Origin: Hydrolagus affinis
Lineage: Eukaryota
Length of the DNA: 64,000 nt
Direction of reading: 5' to 3'
NCBI GenBank assembly: GCA_012026655.1
Contig: JAAILG010000448.1
Span: 1-64,000 of the forward strand
Shown: positions 38,418 to 51,751 of the stretch, piece by piece
Layout of the letters: every line of letters begins with the position of its first letter
Numbering within the stretch: position 1 is the stretch's first letter
Program-made: the position numbers and the translations under genes
Notes under the pieces: model-generated
The model's database searches: none
Told to the model about the DNA's origin: nothing
What the model saw: the letters and a program-made list of their open reading frames with translations, nothing else

Positions 38418-39161
38418 ATATCTGTCATATTCTTGTACATCCTCCAGGATTCTGGGATCAGTTATGCAATGACTTCTAGCTGAGTTCCTTAGCAAGGAAA
38501 CCAGAGGGAACTTCTCTCAATAACTGGCAGTTAGTCAGGCTGACTCGGGGGCCACTGCTCTGAAAATAAATCACTTTGGAGTGAAGGACTCATAAGTTGA
38601 CGTGACATTTTGCCGGTTTCCTTATTAGAAAATCCCCTTTGAAATTGCCATGGATTACACCCCACTCCTCCCCTCCACACCCCACTCCCCCCCCCCCACA
38701 CCCCCCCACCCCATCCCATCCAGTGTCAAAACTGCATCCAGCATTCCCTGATCAGACTATAGCTAAGTGGCCGACTGTGTGAACTTTATAGCCATGTTTG
38801 TTCTGTCATCATTGTTGCAGCAGCCAGATTATGTAAATCAATGGCAGAAGTTTGCTTATTGCAAAACAAATTGTGATTCAAAAGACTCCTGTGGGACAGC
38901 TACAAGGCTGGAAGCCTCGTCTCTTGCATCTTTGCTAAGTTTGACCCTTGATGTAATACAAGTATATTACTAAACTATTTTCCCATCCAGATTGCCTGTG
39001 TGTTAACATAAACTTTAGTTCCTTGGGAAATTGAACGTGATGCATCATAGAAATAGCCACACACTTGGCAAGATGGGTTCTCATCCTCTGAGCTAACCTT
39101 TTGGCTTCCAAATGGTTTTGAATATAATTAATAATGTTGTTTTCCTTTTTTTCAACTGCAG

Positions 39162-39231
39162 GTCCTGTGGTCACTGAAGCAGAATCATGTGGTTAATTCT
39201 TGGCAATCTGCAGTCTGTGGAGCATTTGCAG
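39162..39231 (+). CDS. SLC25A26: SLC25A26 internal exon (70 nt): [23 protein letters not shown](G)
   Basis: TTTTTTTCAACTGCAG acceptor, G|GTGCAG donor, phase 0-1. Matches human [24 protein letters not shown] (recalled). Confidence 0.95.
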
Positions 39232-41613
39232 GTGCAGAGGATTACATGCTATACTGGGAGGGCTGAGAGAGGGAAAGATGCCAAAAAAATAAACCAAACA
39301 GAAACATTCTTTTCAAATTCCACAGGTAGTTTGGAAATGTTGTTTGCGGGTGGGCAGGTCCGGCCTGAAGAGGCCGGCGAGAGAGGTGTTTGCGTGAATG
39401 TCAGGCCAATTTGTACTCGACAAATTTTAGAGGCGAGAAAATAGGAGCTGTCAATCAGGCCACTGTGTTTGCTGAAAGAATATTTACAAATCTCTCGGTG
39501 AAAAGAGGCCTGTGCTGATTCCTCAGCTGTGCAGCTGTCTGCCCCAAACTGCTCTTTAGGGGTTTAAAGTCATATCAACAAGGCCTGGTGATTAACAGTT
39601 TATGTGACAGGTTTGACAGAAGTGCAGATTAATTAGTGAGGAGCACAGAGGACAGAGCTTGCTCGGACCTCGAAGACTCAAAGGCGTGCCACTTGGCGCT
39701 TTACTAAAGCTTCAAGGCAGAGACACCTGGACTGTCCTCAGGCAAAACAGTAAAAAGATTGGATGTGTTTGGGGTTGGGTATTGGGATTGAATCTCCACT
39801 AAAAGCCTTTCAGTTCCTGTTTTGTTCAACACTGGAATTTTTGTTTGATTTGTTTATTTCGGAATGATCTAGCTTGGTTTTCACTCCAGGGGAGTTTTGT
39901 CGTCAAGGCTGTTCGACTTGGTCACAGCAGATCAAAGGGAGCAAGTTTTTTCAGATGGCGGAGTGTAGTTGTACATTGGCCAGTTCACAGATGTATTGCT
40001 AGCAAGTTGCTGTGGGCATAGTCTTTGTTCTGTAGAGACACTCCACACTCGTTCCATTTATAGTTACTGATTATCCATGGATACTTAATTGAGCTTTCAT
40101 GTGAAATGAAGGACATGTTCAATCAAAAATACATAGATTAACATGCTTTGGGTTATTTGTAATCACTTTCCCGTTCTCTAGTATTTTCTGGAGGCTTTTC
40201 ACATTCCTGTACGCCGGGTGTAAAATGGCACCCCCACAGCCACAACCCCACAGAACCTTACTCTCCCCCCCACCACCCACCACCCCTTTCCACTAAAGCA
40301 AATGCCTTTTAGAGATTCCGTAGCTGACCCGAGTTCAAATACGTTTCATTTAAAATGAATCATTTATACCCCATGTCAAGTGTCTGTTAAGATGGGCTGA
40401 GTGCCCGATATTCAAAGTGTTGAGATTGCTTTTAATACACATTAACAAACAGTGGGCCACTTGTTCCCTGTCAAAACTGATTGATTCTGACGAGTCTGCA
40501 CAATGTATAAAGGTTGCTTTCCCAATTAGTGGGCTGTTGTGACACTTAGCATTTTATTTGTTGCATTAGAAATTAATGCATTCCGAATATGCTTTGAATC
40601 GCCGATGTGGATGAAAAATCCTGCATTACCACTGTAAATAACAGGATTGCTGTGCATGAGGTGGCTGTGGGAGTGGGTTTGGGGGGAAGAGAGGGGGTTA
40701 ACTAGATCTGACTTCGACAGGTCGACTGTCTCATTTCGCCATTTAATAGCAGACCTGGTTTCTTGATTTATTCTGTGGGTGGCTTCTCCCTTTGGAGTGG
40801 AGGGACAGCTGGGGCTCCGGCACGATCCCTGAGAAATTAATAGGTATCCACCACCGCTGTCACTTCTGCAGTTGATTTGCCGCGAGAACGATCAGTTCAG
40901 GCCCTGTCACACATGCCCAGCTGCGGATTCACAGAGACAGAAACCAGATTCTCTGCTCAATAAATCTGTGAATTTGGTCTGTAAATTCTGTCACCATGGC
41001 AATAAGGGGGGGGGGGGGTGGGGTGGGCACTAGCAGAGGAGACCACTGGCTAGTTTATTTTTTTTTAAAAACTGTAATTAAACGGTTGCTTTACAGCTAC
41101 AATATACCGATGGCAACTGTATGAAATGGGGTCATCTGGCTCAACCTGCCTGTTTGTTCCGCATGAAATCATTAAGTGACGATCCAATCAATAATGTAAC
41201 AGACCATTAAACACTTAACAACAACCTTTGCAACAATGCACTTGACGTTGTTACACCTGCTTAACAGCAGGACATAAAGAATGGCATTCGCTTTTCTTCG
41301 GATCCTTCTCATTTTGAAGGGACTCTTAAACGTGATTCAAAGGCATTTGATAATCCCACAAATATCTGATAAGAGGAAACATTACAATAAATGTCTCAGC
41401 AAACTTTATAAAGTTACACATATATATTGCTGAATACAGTACGTTATAACACTGTATCATATATAATCGCTCTTCTCCCTCCCCACATTCATTCTCCCAC
41501 CGTTGTACAAAGTGGTATTAACAGTTCTGAAAGCCTTTGCAGAAGCTGGAATAGCCAACAGGAGCCTTCATATTTTGTGGACTTGCCCATTAGCTTGTCA
41601 CGTTTAGCCACTA

Positions 41614-42075
41614 CAACAAAACAACAACAACAAAATTATACTTGTATAGCGCCTTTCACGTCAGGAGGACATCCCAAGGCGCTGGACAGTTACTGCTTCA
41701 GACCCAAGCTGTGGACAGTGAGGGGTGGGGGGAAGGGGGAGGGCGGATTAGGAGGTGCCGATGGGTCCATCAAAGAGGAGAGGCTTGAGGCGGAACTTGA
41801 AGGAGGCCAGGGAGGGGGCGAGGCGGAGGGAATGGCAAGGATGGAGTTCCAGAGGTTGGGAGCAGAGTGGCTGAAGGCTCGCTCACCAATGGTGGGGCGG
41901 GTGGGTCGGGGGACGTGGAGCAGATCATAGCCTGCTGAGCGGAGGGGGCGAGCAGATTGGTAATGGGATAGGAGGTCACAGCTGTAGGGTGGGACGAGGT
42001 TGTGGAGGCTTTAAATGTGAGCACCAGGATATTGAAATGGATCCTCTGAATGATGGGGAGCCAATGGAGTTGGGG
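41614..42075 (-). mobile_element. L2 LINE 3' fragment
   Basis: (CAA)n tail, GCGCCTTTCACGTCAGGAGGACATCCCAAGGCGC stem-loop, and the reverse-strand LHWLPI-QRI-F-ILVLTFKA region. Confidence 0.85.
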
Positions 42076-43380
42076 TGTGCCAAAGCTTTGAACTCTATTC
42101 CCCTCTCCCTCTGCCTTGCCCCCTCCTTCCCCTCTTGTATATAACGACTAAAGACCTTGCTCTTTGCTCGTGTTTACGGTCACGTCCTCCCTCTCCCGGC
42201 ACAGCATCAGGCTCCATCGCTCTTTAAGTGCTGTCCTGCTTGGAAGGACACACTACAAATGCAAGTTGTTGTTGGTAGTACTGTTTAGAACCAGCAAACC
42301 TAGGGTTAACTATGTCAGCGTGGTCACAGCTGACACCAATACCTCAGCTTTCATTTGGAAATCGTCGCTGTTAAAAACAACCGTCTTACAAATGAAAACT
42401 GAATTGAGGAATTTTCCACAATTTAGGAATCTTAAATTGAAGACGTAATAGCATTACAGTCTGAGCCGAGTGGATTTTTTTGGTTCCTTGTTATTGGTCT
42501 CTTTTTCCTGCCATTTCCAGTTCACAGCCATATTTTTTAATTTCCCATTATTTTGTTCGTTAGCAGCTTGACATGTTTTTTTACATTTGTCATTTTTCCT
42601 TCACCTCCTTCGCAGCCTGTGGTTCCTGTTCGAGTCTCTTGGCTGGACTTCAGCTTTCCCTGGGCTGAAGTGAAAAAGACAAATGAGGATAGAGGCAGGT
42701 GTGGAGAGGTTGGCAGGAAGAGCCTGAGGGCTGAGGTTAAGGGTTGGAACTGAATTCAGTCAGAACTTGGCTACGTTTCCAACACCTGTCATCTTAGATA
42801 CATAATTGAAATGTAATCAAAAGTGCCATACTCCGTGAAAAGTGTGTAGTGGAGTCATTTAATTCTAATTCCTCCAAAATAGGCTTCAGAATGATCATGG
42901 AGAATCAGCACATTGTACCAAATTGTATTTATATAGTTACTTTCACCCAGGAGGACATCCAAAGCTGTTGATTGGCAGTTTAATACAAGTCTAAACAAAT
43001 AGGAATCTGCAGAAGTGAGCAAGGGCTCCACTTCGAAGTCCATGTCCGTAACCCTGGCCGCTGGCCATTAATGCTCGGACTTCACTTTGGCAGTGAGCTT
43101 GCCAGACAGATTCTTGCATGTGATTTGTGGATGTGAATAGAAGCAGTTTGGGAGGGCTCATCGACTCCAGCCTGCTTGTGAATTCACTGTCTTGTGAATT
43201 TCAACACACAGTCATTCCCAAGGTTAGAATCCTCTAGGTGAAACAGCAAAGAGGAGAGGGGGAAGGGAAGAAGAAAGTAAGGAAAATACTTTTGCACAAA
43301 AAAAGTGCCTTTAGGACGCAGGATGTGTCGGGTTTGACAAAGTGAATGTGACTAACTGTTTAGGCTCGGTGTGTTCTCAG

Positions 43381-43445
43381 GTGGGGTTGCAGGTGCTATG
43401 ACCACGCCTCTGGACGTAGCAAAGACCAGAATCATGCTCACAAAG
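43381..43445 (+). CDS. SLC25A26: SLC25A26 internal exon (65 nt): (G)GVAGAMTTPLDVAKTRIMLTK
   Basis: TTCTCAG acceptor, AAG|GTAAGT donor, phase 1-0. Contains the third mitochondrial carrier signature Px[DE]xx[KR]xR (PLDVAKTR). Confidence 0.97.
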
Positions 43446-43465
43446 GTAAGTTTCTAAATAACCTT

Positions 43466-43750
43466 GGAGTTCTGTAGCTCAGTGGTTAGAGCAATCGTCT
43501 CACAAATGAGAGATCTGGGTTCAATTCCCGGCAGAGCAATACTTTGGTCAAGTTTCCTTACTCCACACCTGATAATAATCCCCCAAGAAAAAATCAATAA
43601 GAAATTGGTCGTTTCAATCCATGACTGTTTGGGGGACACAACCTGCTGCCGTGTTTCACCCACAAATATACAGTCCATTCACTTTACATTCTGTGAAGCT
43701 ATTTGAGATGTTTAGAAGACCTGAAAAGCGCTATATTGAATGCAATTATA
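43466..43750 (+). mobile_element. Full-length tRNA-derived Deu-core SINE
   Basis: GGAGTTCTGTAGCTCAGTGGTTAGAGC..GGTTCAATTCCC head, partly deleted Deu core, tail; begins about 20 nt after the exon donor. Confidence 0.9.
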
Positions 43751-44648
43751 TAAGACCAGGAAAGATGAAAATGTACTTTCAACTTCCTCAAAACCACATA
43801 AATCATGAAAATGAAATGAACTGGGGGGCGGACGGAATTCTGTCCAATGCCACTTTTCGTTCTGTCACTGAAGTTGTTAATGCACGGAAGTGTTAAAGAA
43901 ATTCACAAGGAGTTTGATTATTAATCTGCCTCTAAACATGCGAGATTTGGACATGTTTTACTGTTCCTCATTAAGACAGTAGAATAGGAGAGTAAACTCT
44001 TTGAACCTTAATGAACTATTTCAGGCAACTCCTTTTAACCCACGTACATGACGCGTTTAGGCAAATATCCTGCTGTCTTTCAGCTGCTTGGATGAAAACA
44101 CTTGGATCAGTTGGGTAACATTCCTGTGGTGGTAGAAAAAAATCATGAACTGCCAACTGGTTAGTTAGCTTTGCAAACTCTGGCCCTTGCAACTAAGGTT
44201 TACTGATGGATCTTTTACTGTAACATCACACTTTAACAGCTTTATAAGAAAACAGGCTTTCTAGAGTTATAGCGTTATAGTGCCAGTTTGTTCATCATGT
44301 GAATGGGTTGGGATTTTATGGCTCTATTCCACCCCATCACCAACACCTCCACCCCAATCCTCCCCCCCCCCACCCCCACACACCACCCCCCAAACCCCCA
44401 ACTACTGCTTTCGTGAAGCTCCATGCATATACATACGCACAGAAATTAGCTGTCTATTATTTGCCTTCTTTGGGCAAAGAGATCTTTTTAATGGGAGATC
44501 TTTGGTACATGGTAACATGAGCACACAGTCTAAACAAAGTGCAACTTGTATTATTAATGTGATATGAAGAAGGAAGCTTTTGAGACAGCTGATGAATTAC
44601 ACCCAGTGATTTTGCCGTGAGCTCAGTCTGTGCTCCTGTTTGATGTAG

Positions 44649-44722
44649 GCAGGTACCACTGGCGTGGATGGAAATGTGCTAATCGTCCTGAGGAACATCT
44701 GGAAGGCTGAAGGGATTTCTGG
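44649..44722 (+). CDS. SLC25A26: SLC25A26 internal exon (74 nt): AGTTGVDGNVLIVLRNIWKAEGIS(G)
   Basis: TGTAG acceptor, GG|GTAAGA donor, phase 0-2. Matches human [25 protein letters not shown] (recalled) and the carrier EG motif. Confidence 0.93.
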
Positions 44723-46796
44723 GTAAGACTCTACTTTCTTCTGACCCCTCACGAAACCACATCAAATGGTCGTGTTATGCTAACAGTATCCAGTAATGCT
44801 TTTAAAAGAAGAAAGAAATGTGGGAGATGACGACAGAACCATTTTCTTCAGCACGAGTGGAGATAATGAAGCCGGCGTATAATGCTCTGTGGTATTGTCA
44901 TTGGCAATATGTGACAAGTCTATGTGTGAAATAGGTTTTGAGATTTGAGATGTCTCGGAGAGGTGATAAGGCTCCATTTTGAATGGAAGCGTTATTATTG
45001 TTATTAAATGGTCAGCAACAGTGTTGGGTGGAAATCATGGAGCGGATTGTGTACCTACTGTTATTGCAGTGTAGGGAAGTGGAGTGGGGGTGGGGAGGGT
45101 GGTGTTCTCAGGCTGACCTTATGATGAAAGTCACAGTGTCTATTTTGCTGCAGGGGTCGAGGTTAAACAAAATTGTTGAACTTGATAACTTCTTGTAAGT
45201 TTTAAAGCATTTATATTAGAACTCGAGTGTTCGCTGGAGAATTTCTGCAAACGCGAATTCTGCATGTGGTTAAAAGGAAGAAGTAACACAAGTCTGAGGG
45301 GAAATACTCAAACACTCTCACTGTGGCACTCGACTCAATTGTCAAAATGTGTGTGGCCCACGCCAATAGGAAGCCCCACTGTTGTGTGCATCACTGTAGT
45401 GTTAGAAAACTCCATAAAATAAACATGAACAGGCTCGCTATAGAAAGGAGACTAATATTCAGAGGACAGAGAGAGTATTAAACAGGGTTTTGCCACTCCA
45501 AAGGGATTACAATCGCTTACAGCCGCAATAAAGGATCACAATGGATCCTGGTAAGAGTAAAATTTGGCGGAACAGTACATGGAGAATTGACTATAAAGCA
45601 GTTACATTTGATTTTACACAGCATGAATACATAGAATTGTCTATTGGCAAGGACTATCCAGTTTCGTATGAAAAATAAACTATATCCCTTTAGTTAAACT
45701 GTGACAAGAAGGATAATTCTTACTTTGCCCAGTGTTAGGTACAGTATGTATGTATGTATGTACGTCAGTGTTGTTTTCTCTGAAAGATATCCAAGCACTA
45801 CTGTACTGTATAAACTTGTTGTATCTGGCACATTCTGGTACATTGTGTGAGTCCATTTAAGGCAAGAGCAATTTCATCTGGTGTTCTTACTCTGGCCAAT
45901 TGGCATTCATAAACCATTGATTCCAGAACTAATTTTCTCACAGGCAGTTATCCCCCTTGCCCCTCCCCCAGGAACACACATGAAATGCTGAAATGGACAT
46001 ACATTTGGCTGCTGATGAAGCAGAGGAGGATTGTTGTCTATTTTACCACTGAGACCTAGGCAAGCAGCCAAGCTGTTAAGTGTATGTCCCTTACAGTTCA
46101 TTGGGTCAGTAGTGGGCTAATTTCAAATGTCCATCCCTAAGGTTAGGAAGAGCTTTGTGGTTTGGCCCCATTGAATGTCATCCAGATGCAGGATGAAGTG
46201 CAAACGTAATAATAATTCTAAAGTCTACACAGTTATTTTAAATCCGCTGATTTCATGGTCCCAGATCTAATCAAATTTGGTACAAAATTGCGACTTGTTT
46301 TGTTCACTCTGAACTTGTTAGATCTCGGAAGAATGTACAGAATTTTTTTTTGTCATTCCCAGACGGCTTGTTCATTCTCCCCAAATTTCAGTTTTATATC
46401 TTTGGCGAGCGGCTTCTATGAAACAAGGTGACCCAGTGAGACAGCGAAAAGGAATGAAGAATTATTTTGTAGCTTGGGGTAGGAACGATTTCGACAGAGG
46501 ACAGTTATGAATCTCAGCAAACTCATTTCATCTTCCAGAGTCAAAAGCAAGATGCAACATTGACAATTAGTCCGTTTTTTGATTGTTCTAGAGCACAGCC
46601 TGCCTTCAGGGGCAACCAAGTGAACTGATCCAATACCACTTTCTGTGCTGTTTACATCTGGTTCTTTATGAAAATATACTGCAATGTGAATGGACAATGC
46701 TATTATATCTGGTTTCAAGGGATTTAACAACCAAATTATAATAATCCTTTAATTTTATCATGTTTATCAAACAGCCTCACAGAGCTTTTCTGTAAA

Positions 46797-47090
46797 TAAT
46801 ATAATAATCCTTGCATTTGGTATAGCGCTTTTCACATCTTATTGACGTCTCAAAGCGCTTCACAGAATGTACTATAAAGTGAATTGACTATATTTATGGG
46901 CGAAAGCGGCAGCCAATTGTGCACAGCAGCGTCCCACAAACAGTCGTGGATTGAAATGACCAATTGTATTATTGTGGGTTTTTGGGATGGATTCTTAATA
47001 GGGGTGTGGAGCGAGGAAACTTGCCCAAGTTTTCGCCCTGATCTGCCTGGATTTGAACACAGATCTCACACTTGTAAGGCGAGTGCTCTA
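46797..47090 (-). mobile_element. Deu-core SINE (short subfamily), near full length
   Basis: Highly similar to 34664-34960. Confidence 0.9.
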
Positions 47091-47494
47091 AGTGTATTAA
47101 CTACATTTTTGTGAGTGTTGACACTCAGCGTTGAGATCCACACATAAAAAATGTGGACTTTGTGTTAAGAAGAGCAAGTGTAGGCTGGCAACTAGTTGAC
47201 TGGAAAAAAGGCTTGTGGAAGTAAGGATTGTTTGGGACATAATGATTCATGCAATACAGTAAGTACTGATGTATTGGATTGTCAGAAAATGCTGGGTCAC
47301 AACTAGGATCGGAGAGCTAGTAAACTAGTCTTAACTGAAATGTTGACAAATGCAATATTTATTTGGGGTTTGGTCGTAAAGCAAATCGTAGGTAGTCATG
47401 TGAAAATGTGTAACCTTGAATAGATTAAGATCATTGATTCAGTCACATCGTCAGAATCACATCCAACTCTGCAACAATAATAATGCTGATAAAA

Positions 47495-47839
47495 ATAATT
47501 CTTGCATGTGGTATAGCACTTCATCACGTTTACAAGACACCTCAGAATGCACTGTAAAGTGAATGGACTCTTGTGTGGGTGAAACACAGCAGCTAATTGC
47601 TCACAGCAGTGTCACACACAGTCGTGGATTGAGTGACCACATTTTTTAAAATGTATTTTTTGAAGGGATCCCTAGAAATGCGATCTGCCAATTGACTAAC
47701 AACTGAGTTTCTAACTTACTGCTAAGTAAACAGATGCGTGTGCAAGGAAACCTGCCCAACGTTTCACCCTGCCTGAGAAATCGAACCCAGGTACTCTCAC
47801 TTTTGAGGCTAATACTCTAACCGCTCAGCTACAGTACTC
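47495..47839 (-). mobile_element. Full-length Deu-core SINE (long subfamily)
   Basis: Tail, Deu core, central segment and tRNA-like head all present. Confidence 0.85.
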
Positions 47840-48894
47840 TAGAAGCTTGTTATGCGAAGGAGGCTTTCATACCGACCAGTATGAACTATTTAACGATGTT
47901 GTGAAGAAATTGTGGGCAAATGTGCCACAATCATCTTTTTGAAGATTAATAAAAGTTCGGTTGGGTTTCTTTCAAATAATCTGAAGTGATCATTTTTGTA
48001 TTACATCTGTTATTGATTTTAACCAAAGCTGTGTATTTTGTATCTCTCACTTCTGCAGGGAGTTTGATAGCCTGAATAATTTCCTATTGCAAATTAGTCC
48101 GTATTACTTACAAACTCAACACATTTGAATGTCAACTGTTTGACAATGTGGCCAGTGCATGTCTCATACAAATTGCTGCGCTTTAAACCTATAATTATAG
48201 TAATAAGGTGAATTACTGCCTAGTAAAACCATAAACTGTTTCCATCTGTCAACTAGCCTCAAGCTCCAAATCAATTTTACTGTATTATTGAAAACCCAAA
48301 TTAGAAAAACAAGTTGACAAACTATCAAGCTTTAGTATTTTCCTTTTGAAAACATTTCCGCTAGATTCACTCCGTGAAGTTGGCCGGTTCTACTAAAAGC
48401 CGAACGAACCGACATCAGAAATTGATTTATCTGTACTTTTTTAAAAAAAATGGTTATTATTTGCACTCATTAAGATGCATGATATCAGTGCTTGGGGAAT
48501 GAAACCTTTCCCCCCCAGTTCTGGATGTCAACATCAAGCATTCCCAGGTCAGGTAAAACCTGCTCAAGTGTAGAAGAGAACTAATCGCTCTGTTCTGCAC
48601 TAAACACAGAACCCCCTGCCTGATTCACTCTTGTTACTTGCTTGTCCACTCTGGCCAACTTATTGCTAATTTAGTGTTATTGCCAGTTTTGATATTATGC
48701 ATCTGTGCCTTTAAAGACTAACACAAAGGTATTTTGTGGGGGAATTCGCAGCCGGTAGAGAGAGAGAGAGAGAGGACATTTTCATCTCATTAATCTAAAG
48801 GCCAAATTCAGACCCAGGTTTATTTCCTGGACAAATAGGTTCTCTTATTTCCTTTCATTTAGAAATGTTCAGCAAAGAGCAGGGCAGATAATAA

Positions 48895-49068
48895 CAACAA
48901 TAATAATCCTTGTATTTGATACAACACTTCTCACTTCTTCGAAGCAGCTCCTAAAGCTTCACAGAATATACTGCAAAGTGAATTGACTGTATATTTTGTG
49001 GACGAAACGCGGCAGCCTTTTGCGCACAGCAGTGTCCCACAAACAGTCGTGGATTGAGTGACCGATTA
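48895..49068 (-). mobile_element. Deu-core SINE, 3' half
   Basis: GCGCACAGCAGTGTCCCACAAACAGTCGTGGATTGAGTGACC plus tail. Confidence 0.85.
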
Positions 49069-50757
49069 TTAATGCCATTTTTGGTGATTGTTTTCTTACA
49101 TGGATTAATGCACGCTGCCGTCAAGTTCTTTAAAATTCTGCTCACGTTCTCCCTGTTTTATAAACTGCTTTTGATCTTAGAAATAAAAGTAAAATTCTGA
49201 ATGCTGAAAGCCTGAGATCAAAAGAGAAACGTAGAATAACATTGAACTATCACATTCAGAAAAGTAACCCATCTCTCACTCTCAAATTCTGCTTCCAGGA
49301 ATTCTACTTGTGACCTTAAATGTTAAAGCATAATTACTCAGGATGACGTTACAAACTGATTAGTGTATAACAGTTTGCTAAGTCTGTATCTTATAATTGA
49401 ACTATTTTTCTATTGATTCGGATGTTGTTACTTAGTTGTAATACTTAATTCTTCCTTAACATCTTAAAAAGTAACTAAGATATCCAGCCAGTGAAGTTAA
49501 ATATTTGAAAGCTTGTCCAGCAATTGGCAATTTTGTCTTGTTATATAGTTTTAAATGTTACTTGTCTCTTTTGAATTAATATTTTGCAGCCCAATGTTGG
49601 TACTGAATGCAAATTGTAACTATTTTATACTTATGCACGCTTAGAAAATGCAATGAAAACAATTCACAAGCATTTTCGTATGATTCAATTCTTTTAAATA
49701 CTGGATCTGCAAGTTCTAATCAAAGCTGAGAGCTCTTTCACAACTGGGGGATTTGTGTAACACTTCAGGAGACAAGATTGATTGATTCGGGGACTTGTTC
49801 ATGCATAGCCTTTTCTAAAACTCGCACAGCAAATGCACACAAGTATATATTATGTTCCAATAACCCAGGGCATATGAATGGACATTTGTAACATGTTTTG
49901 AAAAAACATACAATCCAAGTTCAGGTAGTTCATAGGTCCCATACCTGTCAACAGCTGTCAGCGTCTCTGTTGTGTGAGATTGAATATTATTTGGCAAACG
50001 CCCTTGCTTTTGTGATTTCCAAGAAGCTATTTAAAGACAAAGGAGCCATGCACAGAGATGAAGTGTTTGTGTTGCTGTTGGAGCTCTGCCTTCAACAGCA
50101 TTATGAACACTTTTACCTCTTGGTCAGCCCATCCCTACAAATGAACCGTGTCGTTATGAGGTAGTTGGCAACTAGTACAATACAGTTCACTTGTATATAG
50201 CACCTTTCACGTTGGGAGGGTGTCTTACACAGGTGGCTGGACACCTGAGCTGAAGGGTGACATGAAGTTGAAAAGGGCGGTGGAGGAGAAGTGGGAGTGG
50301 GAAGTAGCTGAAAGGGGAGAGAGAGAGAGTGAACCAAAGGCTCAGTTGAACACAAAATTGTCAAAAGGCGTTTCATTTTTCTTATTTTCCCTGTCTAAAA
50401 AAAGATGATTTTGCTCCATTAGGATCCCGGCAAACGTGATGCAGTAAACTGTGGCCTTTTGACAGTCCTTTCTACTGACAGGGTCAAGAGCGGCAAAATT
50501 TATGTGTCCAAAGAGTTTCCTTTTCTGTCACTCCGGTTGTCCAGTGTTAACTTGGGAAGTGATTCCACATGATCTCCATCCACCTTTCTTACTTTTGAAG
50601 CTTTTGTTTAACAAGACCTTAACTTCGTTGCTAAACACTTTTAATAAAATAAGAATGCTTCCATTTACATTGAATCTATGTAATGGTATGGAATTTGATG
50701 TTGGTATTTAACATTGAAACATTTCAAAACATTTTACAGGTAATTTCTATTTTTAAT

Positions 50758-51590
50758 GACAATTTCTATCTTTCTGCCTCTATCCTCGATTCCAGGACCA
50801 CTGCTGTCCTGACAGACTGCCTGTCAGACATCAAGTCCCGGATGAGAGCTAACTTTCTACAGTTGAAGGTCAACAAGACAGAGGCCCTCCTGATTGGCTC
50901 GTGCCAGCGCCTTCACGCATCAGACACTGGCAGCATCAACCTCCATAGTTGCTCATTCACCCTCACCAAGCCAGTCAGGAACCCAGGTGTCTTGTTCGAT
51001 CCTCAACTATCTTGCCTTCCCCCACATCCAAGCAATGACTTGCTCTGCCTTTCCCCATCTCCATAACGATGCCTAACTCCGCCACTACCTTACCCTCAAA
51101 GTCGCTGAAGCCCTCATTCATACCTTCATTGCATCCCGGATTAACTTCGCAAACGCGAAGGCCTTCCCAATTCCTGCCTCCTGCCTCTGTGACCCATGTC
51201 CTCTACTGCTGTAAGCTTCCTCATCTCCCCCGTCTCTATTGGCTCTCCATCATCCAGAGGATCCAATTCAAGATCCTGGTCTTCACATCCAAAGCCCTCC
51301 ACAGCCTCGCTCCACCCTACATTTGCGACCGCCTAACCCCCTACCAACCTGCCTGCTCCCTCTGCTTAGCAGGCTCCAGCCTGCTCCAAGTCTCCCGACC
51401 CACCCACCCCACCATTGGCGGGCGAGCCTTTAGCCACTTGGCTCCGAACCTCTGAAACTCCATCCCAAATCTCCGCCTTTCCCTCCCCCCTCCCTGTCTC
51501 CAGCTCAATTCTGAAACAATGAATGTCCAGCGCCTTGGGACGTCCTCCTGACGTGAAAGGCGCTATACAAGTGTCATTTTGTTGTTGTTG
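50758..51590 (+). mobile_element. L2 LINE 3' fragment (RT C-terminal region plus 3' UTR), frameshifted
   Basis: DCLSDIKSRMRANFLQLKVNKTEALLIG and LYWLSIIQRIQFKILVFTSKALHSLAPPYICD. Tail GCGCCTTGGGACGTCCTCCTGACGTGAAAGGCGCTATACAAG..(GTT)n. Confidence 0.92.
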
Positions 51591-51751
51591 TAATTGTTAT
51601 TGTGTGTCATGACTGTGTACAGCAACAAACTGAGCAAGATCTGAAATGTCCACCGGAACATGCAGATACAACCCTGGTAATGTGAGTGTCAATAAAAGAG
51701 ATAGCCAGGTAATGCAATGTTTATATACAGTAATAACTAGTGAGGTGACCT

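Noticed and set aside
41427-41930. 167-aa plus-strand ORF
   Set aside because: Antisense reading of an L2 3' fragment; purine-rich and stop-poor by composition.
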